Assembly: GCA_963997805.1 (NCBI GenBank)
Contig: CAXEOD010000001.1
Coordinates: 3,635 to 67,634, forward strand
Direction of reading: 5' to 3'
DNA length: 64,000 bases
Source of the DNA: an uncultured Candidatus Poseidoniales archaeon
GTDB lineage: Archaea > Thermoplasmatota > Poseidoniia > Poseidoniales > Thalassarchaeaceae
In this document: in pieces, positions 53,965-64,000 of the stretch
Layout of the letters: every line of letters begins with the position of its first letter
Numbering within the stretch: the first letter of the stretch is position 1
Position numbers and translations under genes: made by a program
The notes under the pieces: model-generated
Database searches by the model: none
Told to the model about the DNA's origin: nothing
Seen by the model: only the letters and a program-made list of their open reading frames with translations

Positions 53965-56900
53965 TTGAGCAAGAAGAAATTAACAACAGTTGTGTCCAGC
54001 GTACGCTTTAGCCTCGCTTTGGCCTTACTGCTAGTGTCCCTACCATGGGCTAACTTTGCCCATCAACCTGAAGTGTTAGAGAAAGGGCAATCAAGTTCCT
54101 TCAGTAACGATATTTGGAATGAGACTCCTTTCAGAGATGTTGCAATCCCAGAAACATTCACTTTTCTAAATTACATTGATTATTCGGATGTTGGTGTTCT
54201 CATTAACAACAATAGTCAGGCAAGTAAAACCATTGGTTATGCTTTTGTTGCCGCTCGTAATATTAGTACTAACCGTGTTTTCTTATTCGATAACGATAGT
54301 ACACCTACTGCTGAAACCATCAACCCAACTCAATTTGACACTTATTTCGCAGAACCGTTGCGACAAATGATTAGTGATCGGAATCTGACTACAGAACTCA
54401 ATTATTTAGTCACCACAAAAGGAATCCCTCTGAGAATCGATGGGCCTGGAAATGGCAAAGCCGCCTTTGATTCTGAAATTGGTTTAGTCAACGGTGTATT
54501 CAACTCAACAATACACCAAAACTGGTGGGCATCTCACACCTATGGTCCAGGTGCTGGTGAGGAAATGAAACAGTTTTCGCGCCAAGAAGAGGGTTTCTAT
54601 TTAGTCACTAGATTAACGGGGTACACAGTTGATACGGCGCTCGGCCTAATTGACAAGGCCAACAATTCGTTTGGTCAGAGAGGGCAGGGTGTGCTGGACC
54701 TCGCTACAAACCGCAATGGCTCGGGATACAAATGGTGGAACGATTTGCTCTATGCGGCAAATACGACATTAAATGGTAGCATGGAGATTCCAGTCCACTT
54801 TAATCAAAATTCTACTTTTGTAACAAATGAATCAAATGTAATGTTGTACGCTTCGTGGGGTTCTAATGATGGCTCATGGGATTCCAACTGGCTACCAAAT
54901 TCCGGCTTTGATTCGGCCGATAGCGGATGGGGAACTGGTGCCAAATATTGGGATTCAACTAATCCGCCCCTGGTAGGTGACGAGGGTTTTACTTGGGCTA
55001 GGCAAACCGTTGTAAAAAGGAATGGAAATGGCGCACTTGAAGGGGCTTTAACATCCGATACCTGCACAGTTACTGAGGCTAGCGGAACCGCTGGACTACT
55101 TGCTGAATATTTTGATAATAGTGGAGTGACATATAACTCTAGTTTGATGCCTGATTTATCGGGTAGAAATCCTCACTATTGGCGCTCTGAGCCAAATATC
55201 AACCATGCCGTGACGCTCGGGACATGGGCTGGACTTGACAGTAGTCGGTTCGGTGATTATTATTCTGCCCGCCATAGTGGTGCTATCACGGTCCCAGATA
55301 GTGGAAACTGGACTTTCTACCTCAATAGTGATGATGGTTCCAAATTATGGATTGATGGTAACGAAGTTGTCAGTAATGTTGGAGTTCACGGAATGAGTGA
55401 AATCTCTAGTACAGTATGGCTTTCCTCGGGAGTTCACACACTACGCACTGAGTTCTTTGAGCATGGAGGGCATGCGGGACTCATCCTTTCGTGGCAGGGT
55501 CCAAATCAAAGCAAACAGATAGTACCATCCTCTGCTTTCACGAGAGGTGTGGCCGATTCGGTAACAACTGATTTAGCACATCACTGGTCCTTTGATGATG
55601 GCTCTGGAACCAGTATCACTGATTCAATAGGGAATGCAAACTTAACTCTATTCAACAGCAATAATGGTGTTGGGTGGCAACAATGCCTGTTTGGAAATTG
55701 TTACCAATTTGATGGAGTGGATGATTATGCCAAAATTGATGTCAACGACTGGGCTGGAAACTTTTCAGTCTCATTGTGGACCAAAACAGGAAATGTTAGT
55801 CAAGATCGTTATTCTTCTGCCTTTGCAGTGAATGATGTCGCAGGCGACTCTGCCTCTTTCCAAATTATGACGAGTGGTTCAAATTCTGGTGATTGGGAAG
55901 TTTATCACAACGTCTCATATTCATTTGGAGCCATTGAAGCTGGAGTTTGGACGCATCTAGCAGTTACCTACGAAAGCAATACCTTGAAACAATATCTCAA
56001 TGGTGAATTAATACAAACAAACGTTGTACTAAATGGAAGTATTGATAGTATTGAACTATACAAAGTAGGTGTTAACAGGGGTGGAAATACCCATTATGAA
56101 GGATTGATTGATGACTTGAAAGTTTGGAACAGAACGCTACAGGATTCTGAGGTGGCGGAAGTCAATGCTGCTGCTGCTGTAACTTGTTCTGACTACAGCA
56201 ATGCAGGAAGTGGTGAAACATCTGTAGAACAAGACTATGATTTCAGTGATGATTTGAAAGATCATGCTTGGATAGTATATGGCTATGGCATGAAAGATGG
56301 TTGGATTACTGGAAATTATCGAATTGAAGTAGACTCCTTTGACGATAACGGTACACTGCTTGAAACCAATACAAGTTCGACTCAAAATTTGGCAACCTCG
56401 TGGAATTCGAAAACTATGCGTTTCAGGCCACCTGCAAACGCTTCATCGTTCAAAGTCACAATGGTTGCATTACTTGATACAGGTAGTAGAAATGGTTCGA
56501 TCTACTTTGATACTATGAATTTGCGAGCAATTCGCCCTCACTTTGAGTGGGTTGATGGCAGTATTGCGGAGACCGCTGTGAGTACCGGTGGCAGAACGTT
56601 TGCATGGGAAGCGACGTACGGGCAGAGTTTGGTGGTTGATCTCTTAGAGGATGGTGTGTCAGGGGTGAAAGGGTATGTCTACGAGCCTTACCTTTCAGCA
56701 ATTGGTTATCCAAATTTACTTCTCCCCTACTATGCTTATGGGTACAATTTCGCAGAAGTGAATTATGCTGCTAATCCCTTAATCTCATGGATGGGTACTG
56801 CGGTTGGTGACCCTAAGATGGCACCTTATTCAGACATTCTTCACGATATAGATGTAGAGGCGGTTAGAGTAGATGGTCGATTGACCACTGGTGTTAACGG

Positions 56901-59217
56901 GAGTATTGATGTGTTAGTGCAAAACCTCGCGCCAGGTACTGTAAATGGTACCCTTGAGGTGCGAGAGAGAAATGGTGATGCAATCCTTGCAAATGTGACC
57001 ATACAGATGCCTGGTGGCAATGACATCGGTTCTCGACGAATCATTTCAGTTAATCTTACTCCAACTCGAATTGGCTTCAACGAGTATGTCATCCGCTACA
57101 TTGCTAGCGACTGGAAAAATCCTGAACGAGTTGTAGACAACAACCTTGAGATATTCAATACAGAGGTTAACGGACCCCCCGTCATCAATAATTTGGTATG
57201 CTCATCATGGACTGTAAGCAGAGGGGATACTGTCGGATGTACAACTACTGTCAGTGATGATTTTGGTGTAGTACAAAGTCGACTTGGATGGCGACTTAAC
57301 GGTAGTGGTGACAACTGGACTTTCATCAATTCAACTAGTGTTGATTATATTGCTTGGTATAGTGGTTTGACAATTCCAACTAATATTGAATTGGGTACTC
57401 TTGATCTAATTGCTGAAGTTAGAGATGGACAATTTCAGTACACTCTTCTACAACTTGATAACGCAATAGTAGTGACCAATGCTTTACACAATTGGTTCGG
57501 AGTTCATATCGCGGGAGTAGATACGGATGAATGGAACGGAGTTACAACACTCTCACCGTTCACTGCTCCAAAAACCGTAGTACGTGATACTAATATTCTA
57601 CTCAAAGCGTGTGTTGTTGACGCTGACCACGACCCTTTGACTGAGTTGCCTATGATAATCACCAATAGCGGTAATGTAAGTGGTGTTGAGCCAACGGATA
57701 GCGAATTTTCAGATGTCTTTTGCTACCAAGCAACTTGGCGCTTGGACTGGGGTAGTGAAACTAGTGATGTCACTGTTTATCTGTACGATTCGATTGGTAA
57801 TCTGTTTACAACTAGATTGGTTTCAGTGCATGATGAGAAATTCAATGCAAATCTCACCCTCGTTGATTTTGACGGGGACTTGCTCGCTTTGGCAAGAGGT
57901 ACAGGTGAGAGAATAGTGATCTCCCTATCTGATTATGATGACCCACTTTCAGACTATACCTACAATGTAACAGTTGAATGGCCAGGGCATTCAGAATATA
58001 CTCGACATGGCGAAATTAATGCAGCAGAAATGATGCGACAAAACTCCTCTGTAACTTTACCTCCACCAGAGGCGGGATTAGTATTTGGTGAATTAATTGT
58101 CACATTGGAAATTACCGACATTGCACCAAATGGCGAAAGTCAAATTGTTGTAATGAATTGGACTATGCATCTACAACCCCCTCTTGTTTATGACATTGGC
58201 TTCTGCGAAGGGGAAGAATTACCTCTAACACGGGGTGAAGAAGCTCGTGGCTGGGTAATGATAGATCCTAACCGGCTGATTGAAGGAGCATCAGTCAACC
58301 TCGCTCAATCAGGTAACATCAAACCGATGCTATCGAGTAAATGGGACTGGGATGATTGCCAATTCCCAGATTCAGCAGACTATCATTGGGGTTTCATCAT
58401 TTTAGCAGATAACAGTTTTACAGCCGGAGGTGCAACCTTACAGATTATTGCAAGGGATATTGATGGATTGAGTGCGGTTGGTGAATTTACAGTTGAAATT
58501 GAGTATGGACTTCCTAAAATCGTAAACCAATCTGGAGAGGTAACCGAGGGTGAGTTTGGACAACTTGAAGCGATTGTTCATGATTCTGACGGGCATCTAG
58601 ACACTGTTTGCACCTTCATCATCATCGACACTAATGGTACAACAGTTATGGAATCAGAAGGTCCACTATCTGATGCCGGTACATTCATCGCTCGCTGGAT
58701 GCCACCCACAGGAGGAGCACCATTTGCATCAACTATCGGCTGTACAGATGCTCAAGGGCATCAAGTCGCTCATACAAGACATGGTATCATTCCCGTGCCG
58801 ATAATTCAGAACGAAACGGGAGAGGGGGATGTATTGAACCAAAGTTCTGATTCTCAAGAATCAAATATAAATTTGGTTATGGGAGTTCGACTTGCTCTAC
58901 TAATAATTTCAATCCTTGGCATTACTCTCTTAGGAATGTGGTTGCGCCCTCCAGACGCAGATATTGACGAGGATGAGTTAAGTGACGAAGAAATGGTTGG
59001 ATGGGCTGCACCAGCTGATTCTCGAGCCGAAGGCGAACAAAATATCGCTATCGCTGAAATGGCTATGGAATCCCTAAGTGATGTCTCTGAATCAGAAAAT
59101 GAATTAGAAGGAGTTGAAGAAGTTCTCAATTCTGAAACGATAGAGGAAGATGATTCAGAACTTGATTTGGTTGATGAAAATTCACTATTTAGTGCCTCTG
59201 ATGAGCCAAAGGATTGA
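53965..59217 (+). CDS. Giant (1750 aa) surface protein with PA14 and LamG/ConA-like lectin domains, C-terminal TM anchor and acidic tail
   Basis: Signal peptide; PA14 (GLLAEYFDNSG…GDYYSARHSGAITVPDSGNWTFYLNSDDGSKLWIDGNEVV…GLILSWQGP); LamG-like (HHWSFDDGSGTSITDSIGNANLTL…FDGVDDYAKI…LKVWNRTL); TM helix LALLIISILGITLLGMWL. Confidence 0.75.
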   Translation: MSKKKLTTVVSSVRFSLALALLLVSLPWANFAHQPEVLEKGQSSSFSNDIWNETPFRDVAIPETFTFLNYIDYSDVGVLINNNSQASKTIGYAFVAARNISTNRVFLFDNDSTPTAETINPTQFDTYFAEPLRQMISDRNLTTELNYLVTTKGIPLRIDGPGNGKAAFDSEIGLVNGVFNSTIHQNWWASHTYGPGAGEEMKQFSRQEEGFYLVTRLTGYTVDTALGLIDKANNSFGQRGQGVLDLATNRNGSGYKWWNDLLYAANTTLNGSMEIPVHFNQNSTFVTNESNVMLYASWGSNDGSWDSNWLPNSGFDSADSGWGTGAKYWDSTNPPLVGDEGFTWARQTVVKRNGNGALEGALTSDTCTVTEASGTAGLLAEYFDNSGVTYNSSLMPDLSGRNPHYWRSEPNINHAVTLGTWAGLDSSRFGDYYSARHSGAITVPDSGNWTFYLNSDDGSKLWIDGNEVVSNVGVHGMSEISSTVWLSSGVHTLRTEFFEHGGHAGLILSWQGPNQSKQIVPSSAFTRGVADSVTTDLAHHWSFDDGSGTSITDSIGNANLTLFNSNNGVGWQQCLFGNCYQFDGVDDYAKIDVNDWAGNFSVSLWTKTGNVSQDRYSSAFAVNDVAGDSASFQIMTSGSNSGDWEVYHNVSYSFGAIEAGVWTHLAVTYESNTLKQYLNGELIQTNVVLNGSIDSIELYKVGVNRGGNTHYEGLIDDLKVWNRTLQDSEVAEVNAAAAVTCSDYSNAGSGETSVEQDYDFSDDLKDHAWIVYGYGMKDGWITGNYRIEVDSFDDNGTLLETNTSSTQNLATSWNSKTMRFRPPANASSFKVTMVALLDTGSRNGSIYFDTMNLRAIRPHFEWVDGSIAETAVSTGGRTFAWEATYGQSLVVDLLEDGVSGVKGYVYEPYLSAIGYPNLLLPYYAYGYNFAEVNYAANPLISWMGTAVGDPKMAPYSDILHDIDVEAVRVDGRLTTGVNGSIDVLVQNLAPGTVNGTLEVRERNGDAILANVTIQMPGGNDIGSRRIISVNLTPTRIGFNEYVIRYIASDWKNPERVVDNNLEIFNTEVNGPPVINNLVCSSWTVSRGDTVGCTTTVSDDFGVVQSRLGWRLNGSGDNWTFINSTSVDYIAWYSGLTIPTNIELGTLDLIAEVRDGQFQYTLLQLDNAIVVTNALHNWFGVHIAGVDTDEWNGVTTLSPFTAPKTVVRDTNILLKACVVDADHDPLTELPMIITNSGNVSGVEPTDSEFSDVFCYQATWRLDWGSETSDVTVYLYDSIGNLFTTRLVSVHDEKFNANLTLVDFDGDLLALARGTGERIVISLSDYDDPLSDYTYNVTVEWPGHSEYTRHGEINAAEMMRQNSSVTLPPPEAGLVFGELIVTLEITDIAPNGESQIVVMNWTMHLQPPLVYDIGFCEGEELPLTRGEEARGWVMIDPNRLIEGASVNLAQSGNIKPMLSSKWDWDDCQFPDSADYHWGFIILADNSFTAGGATLQIIARDIDGLSAVGEFTVEIEYGLPKIVNQSGEVTEGEFGQLEAIVHDSDGHLDTVCTFIIIDTNGTTVMESEGPLSDAGTFIARWMPPTGGAPFASTIGCTDAQGHQVAHTRHGIIPVPIIQNETGEGDVLNQSSDSQESNINLVMGVRLALLIISILGITLLGMWLRPPDADIDEDELSDEEMVGWAAPADSRAEGEQNIAIAEMAMESLSDVSESENELEGVEEVLNSETIEEDDSELDLVDENSLFSASDEPKD

Positions 59218-59242
59218 ATGCCCAGCCATTCTCGGTGGTTCC

Positions 59243-59476
59243 ATGGCAGTTGGATACGTGCTCATCAATGTAAAACCAGGCTCAGAATTAGAAGTATATG
59301 ATGCTATCAAAGCATTAGATATGGTTGAGGATGCAACTTTATTGTTCGGAGATTATGACCTCTTGGTCAAAATGACTGCAGATTCCATGAGTAGCATTGC
59401 TGCTGCGGTGGTTGAAAACATCCGTTCCATCTCTGGAGTAAATGACACAAAGACCCTTGCTGGTGCAGAACTTTGA
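59243..59476 (+). CDS. Stand-alone RAM/ACT-like (Lrp/AsnC C-terminal) ligand-binding domain protein, about 78 aa
   Basis: MAVGYVLINVKPGSELEVYDAIKALDMVEDATLLFGDYDLLVKMTADSMSSIAAAVVENIRSISGVNDTKT fits the AsnC-type regulatory domain; the longer ORF from 59150 overlaps the preceding gene, so an internal ATG start is proposed. Confidence 0.5.
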   Translation: MAVGYVLINVKPGSELEVYDAIKALDMVEDATLLFGDYDLLVKMTADSMSSIAAAVVENIRSISGVNDTKTLAGAEL

Positions 59477-59786
59477 CGAATCAATCCAGCATCTTGATCT
59501 ATTTTTCAACCTCAATTCTTAGATCGAAGAGAGGTTGTTTCATAGTTTAAATTCCTGATTTCTGATAATTCAGAAAGTTGTTTTCCGGAAATCATTACAA
59601 TGTTATTATTTAATCCCAGATTCTATTAACCCGTTAAAAATCCGTAAACGATGGACCTCTAGCCTATGCAAGTATTGCCATTCGGAATGGGGTACGGAAC
59701 CTTCAATGTAGCGCAGTACTGCGTTTAGACGGGGAAATGCTTAAATAATCAACGAGTAGGGGTGACTGTCACAGAGGTAATCTGAA

Positions 59787-60050
59787 ATGAGTAAGAAATA
59801 TTTCGTCCTGATGGACGGCGGAAATGATACGAGCCAAGTGTTCGCGAGCAAGCAGCCTAGGGGCGCAGCCCTGAAAGCAGCTAGTCGCGGAGAGACAGAC
59901 ATCCACTTGCGTGAGCGTGGCGGTGGAGGCCGTGTTCACGTATTCAAGGGATGGAGAGCGCAGGTCCCAAAACCTGCAAACGGCCCAGCGTGGCTACCTG
60001 ACAAGGTCTGGAAGGCCAATGTCAAGAAGATACGCGTGGACCACCTCTGA
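59787..60050 (+). CDS. Archaeal chromatin protein MC1
   Basis: …KYFVLMDGGNDTSQVFASKQPRGAALKAASRG…HLRERGGGGRVHVFKGWRAQVPKPANGPAWLPDKVWKANVKKIRVDHL closely parallels Methanosarcina MC1 (…NFVLRDE…GVFTGKQPRQAALKAANRG…RLRERGTKKVHVFKAWKE…PKNRPAWMPEKISKPFVKKE…). Confidence 0.8.
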   Translation: MSKKYFVLMDGGNDTSQVFASKQPRGAALKAASRGETDIHLRERGGGGRVHVFKGWRAQVPKPANGPAWLPDKVWKANVKKIRVDHL

Positions 60051-60152
60051 TTGAAGTCAAATCACTTGATGAACTACACAAGTAATGCGAACAGCCCGTT
60101 TGAGGGGGGAGTAATTCCTCCTCAGGCGGGCCATTTTTTTAAAAAAAAACAA

Positions 60153-60953
60153 TCACTTTCTGAGTCCAACTTTCTTGGCAACCCAAGCTACTGGATCATA
60201 ATATTCAGTGACAATCCTCTCCTTCAGTGGGATAATCGCATTGTCTGTGATATTAATTCCGGCAGGACATACATCAGTACAGCAGCGAGTGATGTTACAA
60301 TATCCAATACCATATTCATCTTTGATTGATGCTAACCTATCCTCAGTATCAAGTGGATGCATCTCCAAGTTTGCTAATCGGACGAAGAATCGTGGCCCAG
60401 CAAACTCGTCAAACAATTTGTGCTCACGTAAAACGTGGCAGGTGTCAATGCAAAGCATACACTCGATGCAAGCCCTAAATTCTTGAACTCGGTCTGCTTC
60501 ATTTTGCTGGAATTTCCAATCAAACTCTGCTGGGCCCGCAATAGGAGTGATTTTCTTATTCAACTCATAAGTCCAAGAAACATCAACCACCAAATCTTTG
60601 GTTAGTGGAAATGCTTGCATCGGTTTAACCAATACCGGTTGACCAGGGGGTGTCTCTTCCTCAATATCTGACATTCTCGTCATACACATCAAACGCGGTT
60701 TACCATTTACTTCAGCAGAACACGAACCACATTTGCCAGCCTTACAATTCCAGCGACAAGATAGGTCTGGCGCATGCTCTGCCTGAATCTGGTGGATTAC
60801 GTCCAGTACCACCATGCCTTCATCCATCTCAACGGTGTAATCAACCATCTCACCACAAGGATCGCCATCCTCATCTGGTTCACCCCTGAAAACTCTGAAG
60901 GTGACTTCTTTGCTCATCTTACTCTTCCTCCTCATGTAAGTCTGATGCATCAA
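60153..60953 (-). CDS. sdhB: Succinate dehydrogenase/fumarate reductase iron-sulfur subunit
   Basis: 2Fe-2S ferredoxin N-domain (CRWNCKAGKCGSC…C) and C-terminal 4Fe-4S/3Fe-4S cysteine motifs (CIECMLCIDTC; CCTDVCP). Confidence 0.85.
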   Translation of the reverse strand: MMHQTYMRRKSKMSKEVTFRVFRGEPDEDGDPCGEMVDYTVEMDEGMVVLDVIHQIQAEHAPDLSCRWNCKAGKCGSCSAEVNGKPRLMCMTRMSDIEEETPPGQPVLVKPMQAFPLTKDLVVDVSWTYELNKKITPIAGPAEFDWKFQQNEADRVQEFRACIECMLCIDTCHVLREHKLFDEFAGPRFFVRLANLEMHPLDTEDRLASIKDEYGIGYCNITRCCTDVCPAGINITDNAIIPLKERIVTEYYDPVAWVAKKVGLRK

Positions 60954-62766
60954 GTAAATCTTTCAAATCATCACGTATTGATGGATAAGTTCTGTGTTCT
61001 AGAACCATTTCACCTTTCTCACCCATCATGATTACACTGTTTATTTTACCCCAATGACTGTGGTCAGGGGTTGGGAAATCTTCGCGGGTGTGTCCACCTC
61101 TGCTCTCTTCCCGAGCCAATGCCGCCATGGCGCACATCCGGCTGATGTCAACCATGGCATTGATTTCCAGTGCTTGATGCCAACCTGGGTTGTAGATTCT
61201 ACTACCACCAGGAGATGTTGTTTTTCCGCGTGCGGCAAATTCGTTGAGGTCATCTAATGCTTCAGTGAGTAAACCCTTAGTGCGGATTATACCAACTTTT
61301 TCCTGCATCATTTTACGTAATTCATTAACCACCGTTGCAGGGTTCTCTCCGCCTTCTCTACTGAAAGGCGCTAAAGTTTCAGCAACTACTTCGTCTATTT
61401 CTGACTGAGATATTTCTTCCCAACCATCCATCTCCGCTGCAGCCCTTGCCGAGTATTCTCCGGCTCGCTTGCCAAAGGTGATTAAATCAGAAAGTGAATT
61501 ACCCCCAAGTCTGTTAGCACCATGCAATCCAGTTGCTGCTTCGCCAGCAGCATACAAACATTGTACTGTTGTTTCCTGAGTTATTGGCTCTACTTTGACC
61601 CCACCCATCACATAATGCGCGGTAGGACCGACCTCCATTTGTTCGGTTGTGATGTCAACTCCAGCTAATTCTTTGAACTGATGGTACATACCTGGTAACT
61701 TTTTCCTAACCTGCTCTTCATCTCGCCAAGATATGTCAAGATAAGCACCACCGTGTTCACTACCACGTCCTGCTTTAATCTCAGAATTAATAGCCTTAGC
61801 AACAACATCTCTTGTGAGAAGTTCAGGAGGTCTTCGCTTTGTGGCCAACTTACCATCAATCACCTCTTGCACCCATTCAAGGGCCTCTGATTCAGTATCA
61901 GCAAATTCAGGCTTATACATTTCAGGCACATAATTGAACATGAATCGGTCTCCTTCAGAGTTACTCAACATTCCACCTTCGCCACGTACTCCTTCGGTAA
62001 CCAAGATTCCTTTCACAGATGGCGGCCAAATCATTCCAGTAGGGTGAAATTGAACAAATTCCATGTCGCCCATTTCCGCGCCTGCCCAATAAGCCAGTGC
62101 GTGACCCTCCCCCGTGTACTCCCACGAACCAGAGCAAACTTCCCAACAACGGGTAATTCCGCCGGTAGCAAGAACCATTGTTTTAGCTTTGAAAACGTGC
62201 ATAGTACCGTCAGCGCGGTTGTAAGCAAAACAGCCCGTTGCCTTACCATCTTTAGTGAATATTTTGCGCACGGTGTATTCCATAAATACCTCCATCCCGC
62301 TGTGAACCCCCCTCTCTTGTAGAGTTCGAATCAACTCAAGGCCTGTCGCATCCCCAATGTGGGCAAGTCGAGGATAGGTGTGTCCACCGAAGTTCCTTTG
62401 ATTGGTTAATCCGGCTGGAGTACGGTCAAAAATTGCACCCCATTGCTCAAGTTCCCGAATTCTGTCAGGAGATTCCTTCGCATGAATCTCAGCCATTCGC
62501 CAATCATTGAGGTATTTACCCCCCTTCATGGTGTCACGGAAATGAATTTCCCAATTGTCACGTGGGTCAGCGTTTCCTAATGCTGCTGCGGCTCCACCTT
62601 CTGCCATCACGGTATGTGCTTTTCCAAGCATAGACTTGCAAATGATTGCCACAGTTGCACCTTTGCGTGTTGCTTCAATCGCAGCCCTAAGGCCAGCACC
62701 ACCAGCGCCAATAATGACAACATCATATTCGTGGGTTGTAACATCAGTCATCATAATCCACCCCAC
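60919..62766 (-). CDS. sdhA: Succinate dehydrogenase/fumarate reductase flavoprotein subunit
   Basis: FAD Rossmann DVVIIGAGGAGLRAA, covalent-FAD His region, active-site …HYVMGG…, and RLGGNSL motif; 615 aa. Confidence 0.9.
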   Translation of the reverse strand: MGWIMMTDVTTHEYDVVIIGAGGAGLRAAIEATRKGATVAIICKSMLGKAHTVMAEGGAAAALGNADPRDNWEIHFRDTMKGGKYLNDWRMAEIHAKESPDRIRELEQWGAIFDRTPAGLTNQRNFGGHTYPRLAHIGDATGLELIRTLQERGVHSGMEVFMEYTVRKIFTKDGKATGCFAYNRADGTMHVFKAKTMVLATGGITRCWEVCSGSWEYTGEGHALAYWAGAEMGDMEFVQFHPTGMIWPPSVKGILVTEGVRGEGGMLSNSEGDRFMFNYVPEMYKPEFADTESEALEWVQEVIDGKLATKRRPPELLTRDVVAKAINSEIKAGRGSEHGGAYLDISWRDEEQVRKKLPGMYHQFKELAGVDITTEQMEVGPTAHYVMGGVKVEPITQETTVQCLYAAGEAATGLHGANRLGGNSLSDLITFGKRAGEYSARAAAEMDGWEEISQSEIDEVVAETLAPFSREGGENPATVVNELRKMMQEKVGIIRTKGLLTEALDDLNEFAARGKTTSPGGSRIYNPGWHQALEINAMVDISRMCAMAALAREESRGGHTREDFPTPDHSHWGKINSVIMMGEKGEMVLEHRTYPSIRDDLKDLLDASDLHEEEE

Positions 62767-63608
62767 AATACCACGTCAGTCCACCAACCCATTGTGCAGG
62801 CGTAGACATAAAAGTCTGCAAACATCACCCAAAATAAGGAAAACAAAGCCCAATCTTTGTGTTTTACATTTAGGTAGGTACTGAGACTCCAGAATTTATA
62901 CTTGAGACGAGCAATACCTGAGGATGTCCAATCATTTGTACCACCTCCAATTAGGTGGCGAAAAGCATGACATCCTAGAGTGTAACCAGTTAGAAGTATC
63001 ACGTTTAGAGCGAGAACTAATGTACCAACTGAAAAGCCCCAAGAGCCACCTTCAAAGTGAGTTGAGAGCAAAACATCGTATGATAGAATAGGTAGGTAGA
63101 CAAGAGCCGCGTACATGAAGTATCGATGTAAGTTTTGAACGACAAGAAGTTTTGTTTCACCCTTGTATGCATTCCAAGGCTTACTAACTGCACAAGCAGT
63201 TGGTTGTTGGAAAAAGGCACGATAGTATGCTTTACGATAATAGTAGCAAGTCCCCCTAAATCCTGCTGGGAAAATTAGAATGAACATTGCTGGAGACATC
63301 CACCACAGAAACTCAGGAATTGGCCCACCGAGCCCGTCACCACCCGGGAGAATGAGTGGACTAAACAGTGGGCTCAACACGTGACTTCCTTGATTTTCTA
63401 TTGCCATGGTTTGAACCCCTGCTGAGCGACCAAATTCTGAAAATATCCAGAAATCCGCTTCCATGAATCCGCGCCATGTAGAATATGCTATCATTATACC
63501 TAGGTAGAGGGCCATTGCAGTGGGACCTTTCCACCAAGCATCTATCCTATCGGTTGCGCCGAATCCACGGCGCATAGGTAATTTGACTGCCTCGCCCATC
63601 AACCCCAA
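62751..63608 (-). CDS. Putative succinate dehydrogenase membrane anchor / cytochrome b subunit (5-6 TM)
   Basis: 285-aa polytopic membrane protein immediately upstream of and overlapping sdhA by 16 nt; His residues in TM segments. Confidence 0.45.
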   Translation of the reverse strand: MGLMGEAVKLPMRRGFGATDRIDAWWKGPTAMALYLGIMIAYSTWRGFMEADFWIFSEFGRSAGVQTMAIENQGSHVLSPLFSPLILPGGDGLGGPIPEFLWWMSPAMFILIFPAGFRGTCYYYRKAYYRAFFQQPTACAVSKPWNAYKGETKLLVVQNLHRYFMYAALVYLPILSYDVLLSTHFEGGSWGFSVGTLVLALNVILLTGYTLGCHAFRHLIGGGTNDWTSSGIARLKYKFWSLSTYLNVKHKDWALFSLFWVMFADFYVYACTMGWWTDVVLWGGL

Positions 63609-63677
63609 ACCCTATTCAGGTCTAGGCGAGCGCCTATATTCTATCAACTTCACTACTAAAACTAGAGTAAGTACCCA

Positions 63678-63932
63678 CTAGGAAAATTCTGATTTCAATG
63701 ACTGTGCTGCCTTCTCAATTCGGAATTCTTCAATCTCAGGGACTTCACATAGAGTAAACAAAACTGCAGAATCATCGCCCCTGATACGTGTGTTATGGCT
63801 GTCCCGATAAGGATAGAGAGCAATTATTTGCTCAGCTACTGACAATACTAGTTCTTGACCTGTGCATGGCTTTGGTTCTGGAAATCCTATTCCAAGGAAT
63901 GGTTCACCTTGTTGGGCCATGCGCATTGTCAA
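63678..63932 (-). CDS. Hypothetical small protein (weak call)
   Basis: 84-aa ORF upstream of the sdh operon; no motif. Confidence 0.2.
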   Translation of the reverse strand: MTMRMAQQGEPFLGIGFPEPKPCTGQELVLSVAEQIIALYPYRDSHNTRIRGDDSAVLFTLCEVPEIEEFRIEKAAQSLKSEFS

Positions 63933-64000
63933 TTTTTTATCACTAAGATAATCTGTTGAGAGTGCGCCGATGCTGATGCGATTTTCAGCTGATATGAGAT

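Noticed and set aside
59477-59786. Possible C/D box sRNA (UGAUUUCUGAUAAUUCAGA) in the MC1 upstream region
   Set aside because: C/D box motifs are non-canonical (no RUGAUGA C box) and guide/terminal stem pairing could not be established from sequence alone.

Overview
The window reads as core chromosome of an archaeon, most likely a marine planktonic Thermoplasmatota-like lineage. GC content is mid-40%, the proteome is strongly acidic, and there are several giant cell-surface proteins. Archaeal information-processing markers are present: Nop5 (313-1314, -), TFS (~1482-1853, +), PCNA (9339-10082, +), a tRNA-Gly(UCC) (10159-10229, -), chromatin protein MC1 (59787-60050, +), Orc1/Cdc6 (41000-42238, +) with an AT-rich repeat-bearing candidate origin immediately upstream (40522-40999), and a GC-rich island (about 44925-45250) that looks like a structured ncRNA, probably RNase P RNA. 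Central metabolism includes succinate dehydrogenase sdhCBA (60153-63608, -), a eukaryotic-type class I FBP aldolase (48588-49607, -) next to a GlpX-type FBPase (50028-50981, -), MoaC/MoaE, biotin carboxylase (36916-38277, -), an acyl-CoA dehydrogenase (25443-26648, -) and a CysJ-like flavoprotein that lacks the FMN domain (38304-39638, -). The most striking feature is a minus-strand block (12860-22955) encoding an Sfp-type phosphopantetheinyl transferase, a 2827-aa PUFA-synthase/type I PKS-like megasynthase, and a FabI-like trans enoyl reductase. The megasynthase reads KS - AT - ACP-like - KS - ACP - ACP - KR - DH. This is a complete ACP-dependent iterative fatty-acyl/polyketide assembly line, in an organism class that normally lacks ACP and FAS. 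Both tandem ACP domains carry Thr instead of the canonical phosphopantetheinylated Ser, encoded by two different codons (ACG and ACA). The same strand continues into an operon (23137-26648) containing a highly divergent two-repeat TBP-like protein with an acidic tail. Other oddities are a PPAT fused to a DUF359-like (putative GTP-dependent dephospho-CoA kinase) domain, an EF-Tu-like paralog with a degenerate P-loop, a TFS gene whose N-terminal zinc ribbon lies upstream of any canonical start codon, and an ORB-like Orc1-binding motif far from cdc6. No CRISPR arrays, transposases, integrases or recognisable defence systems were seen.
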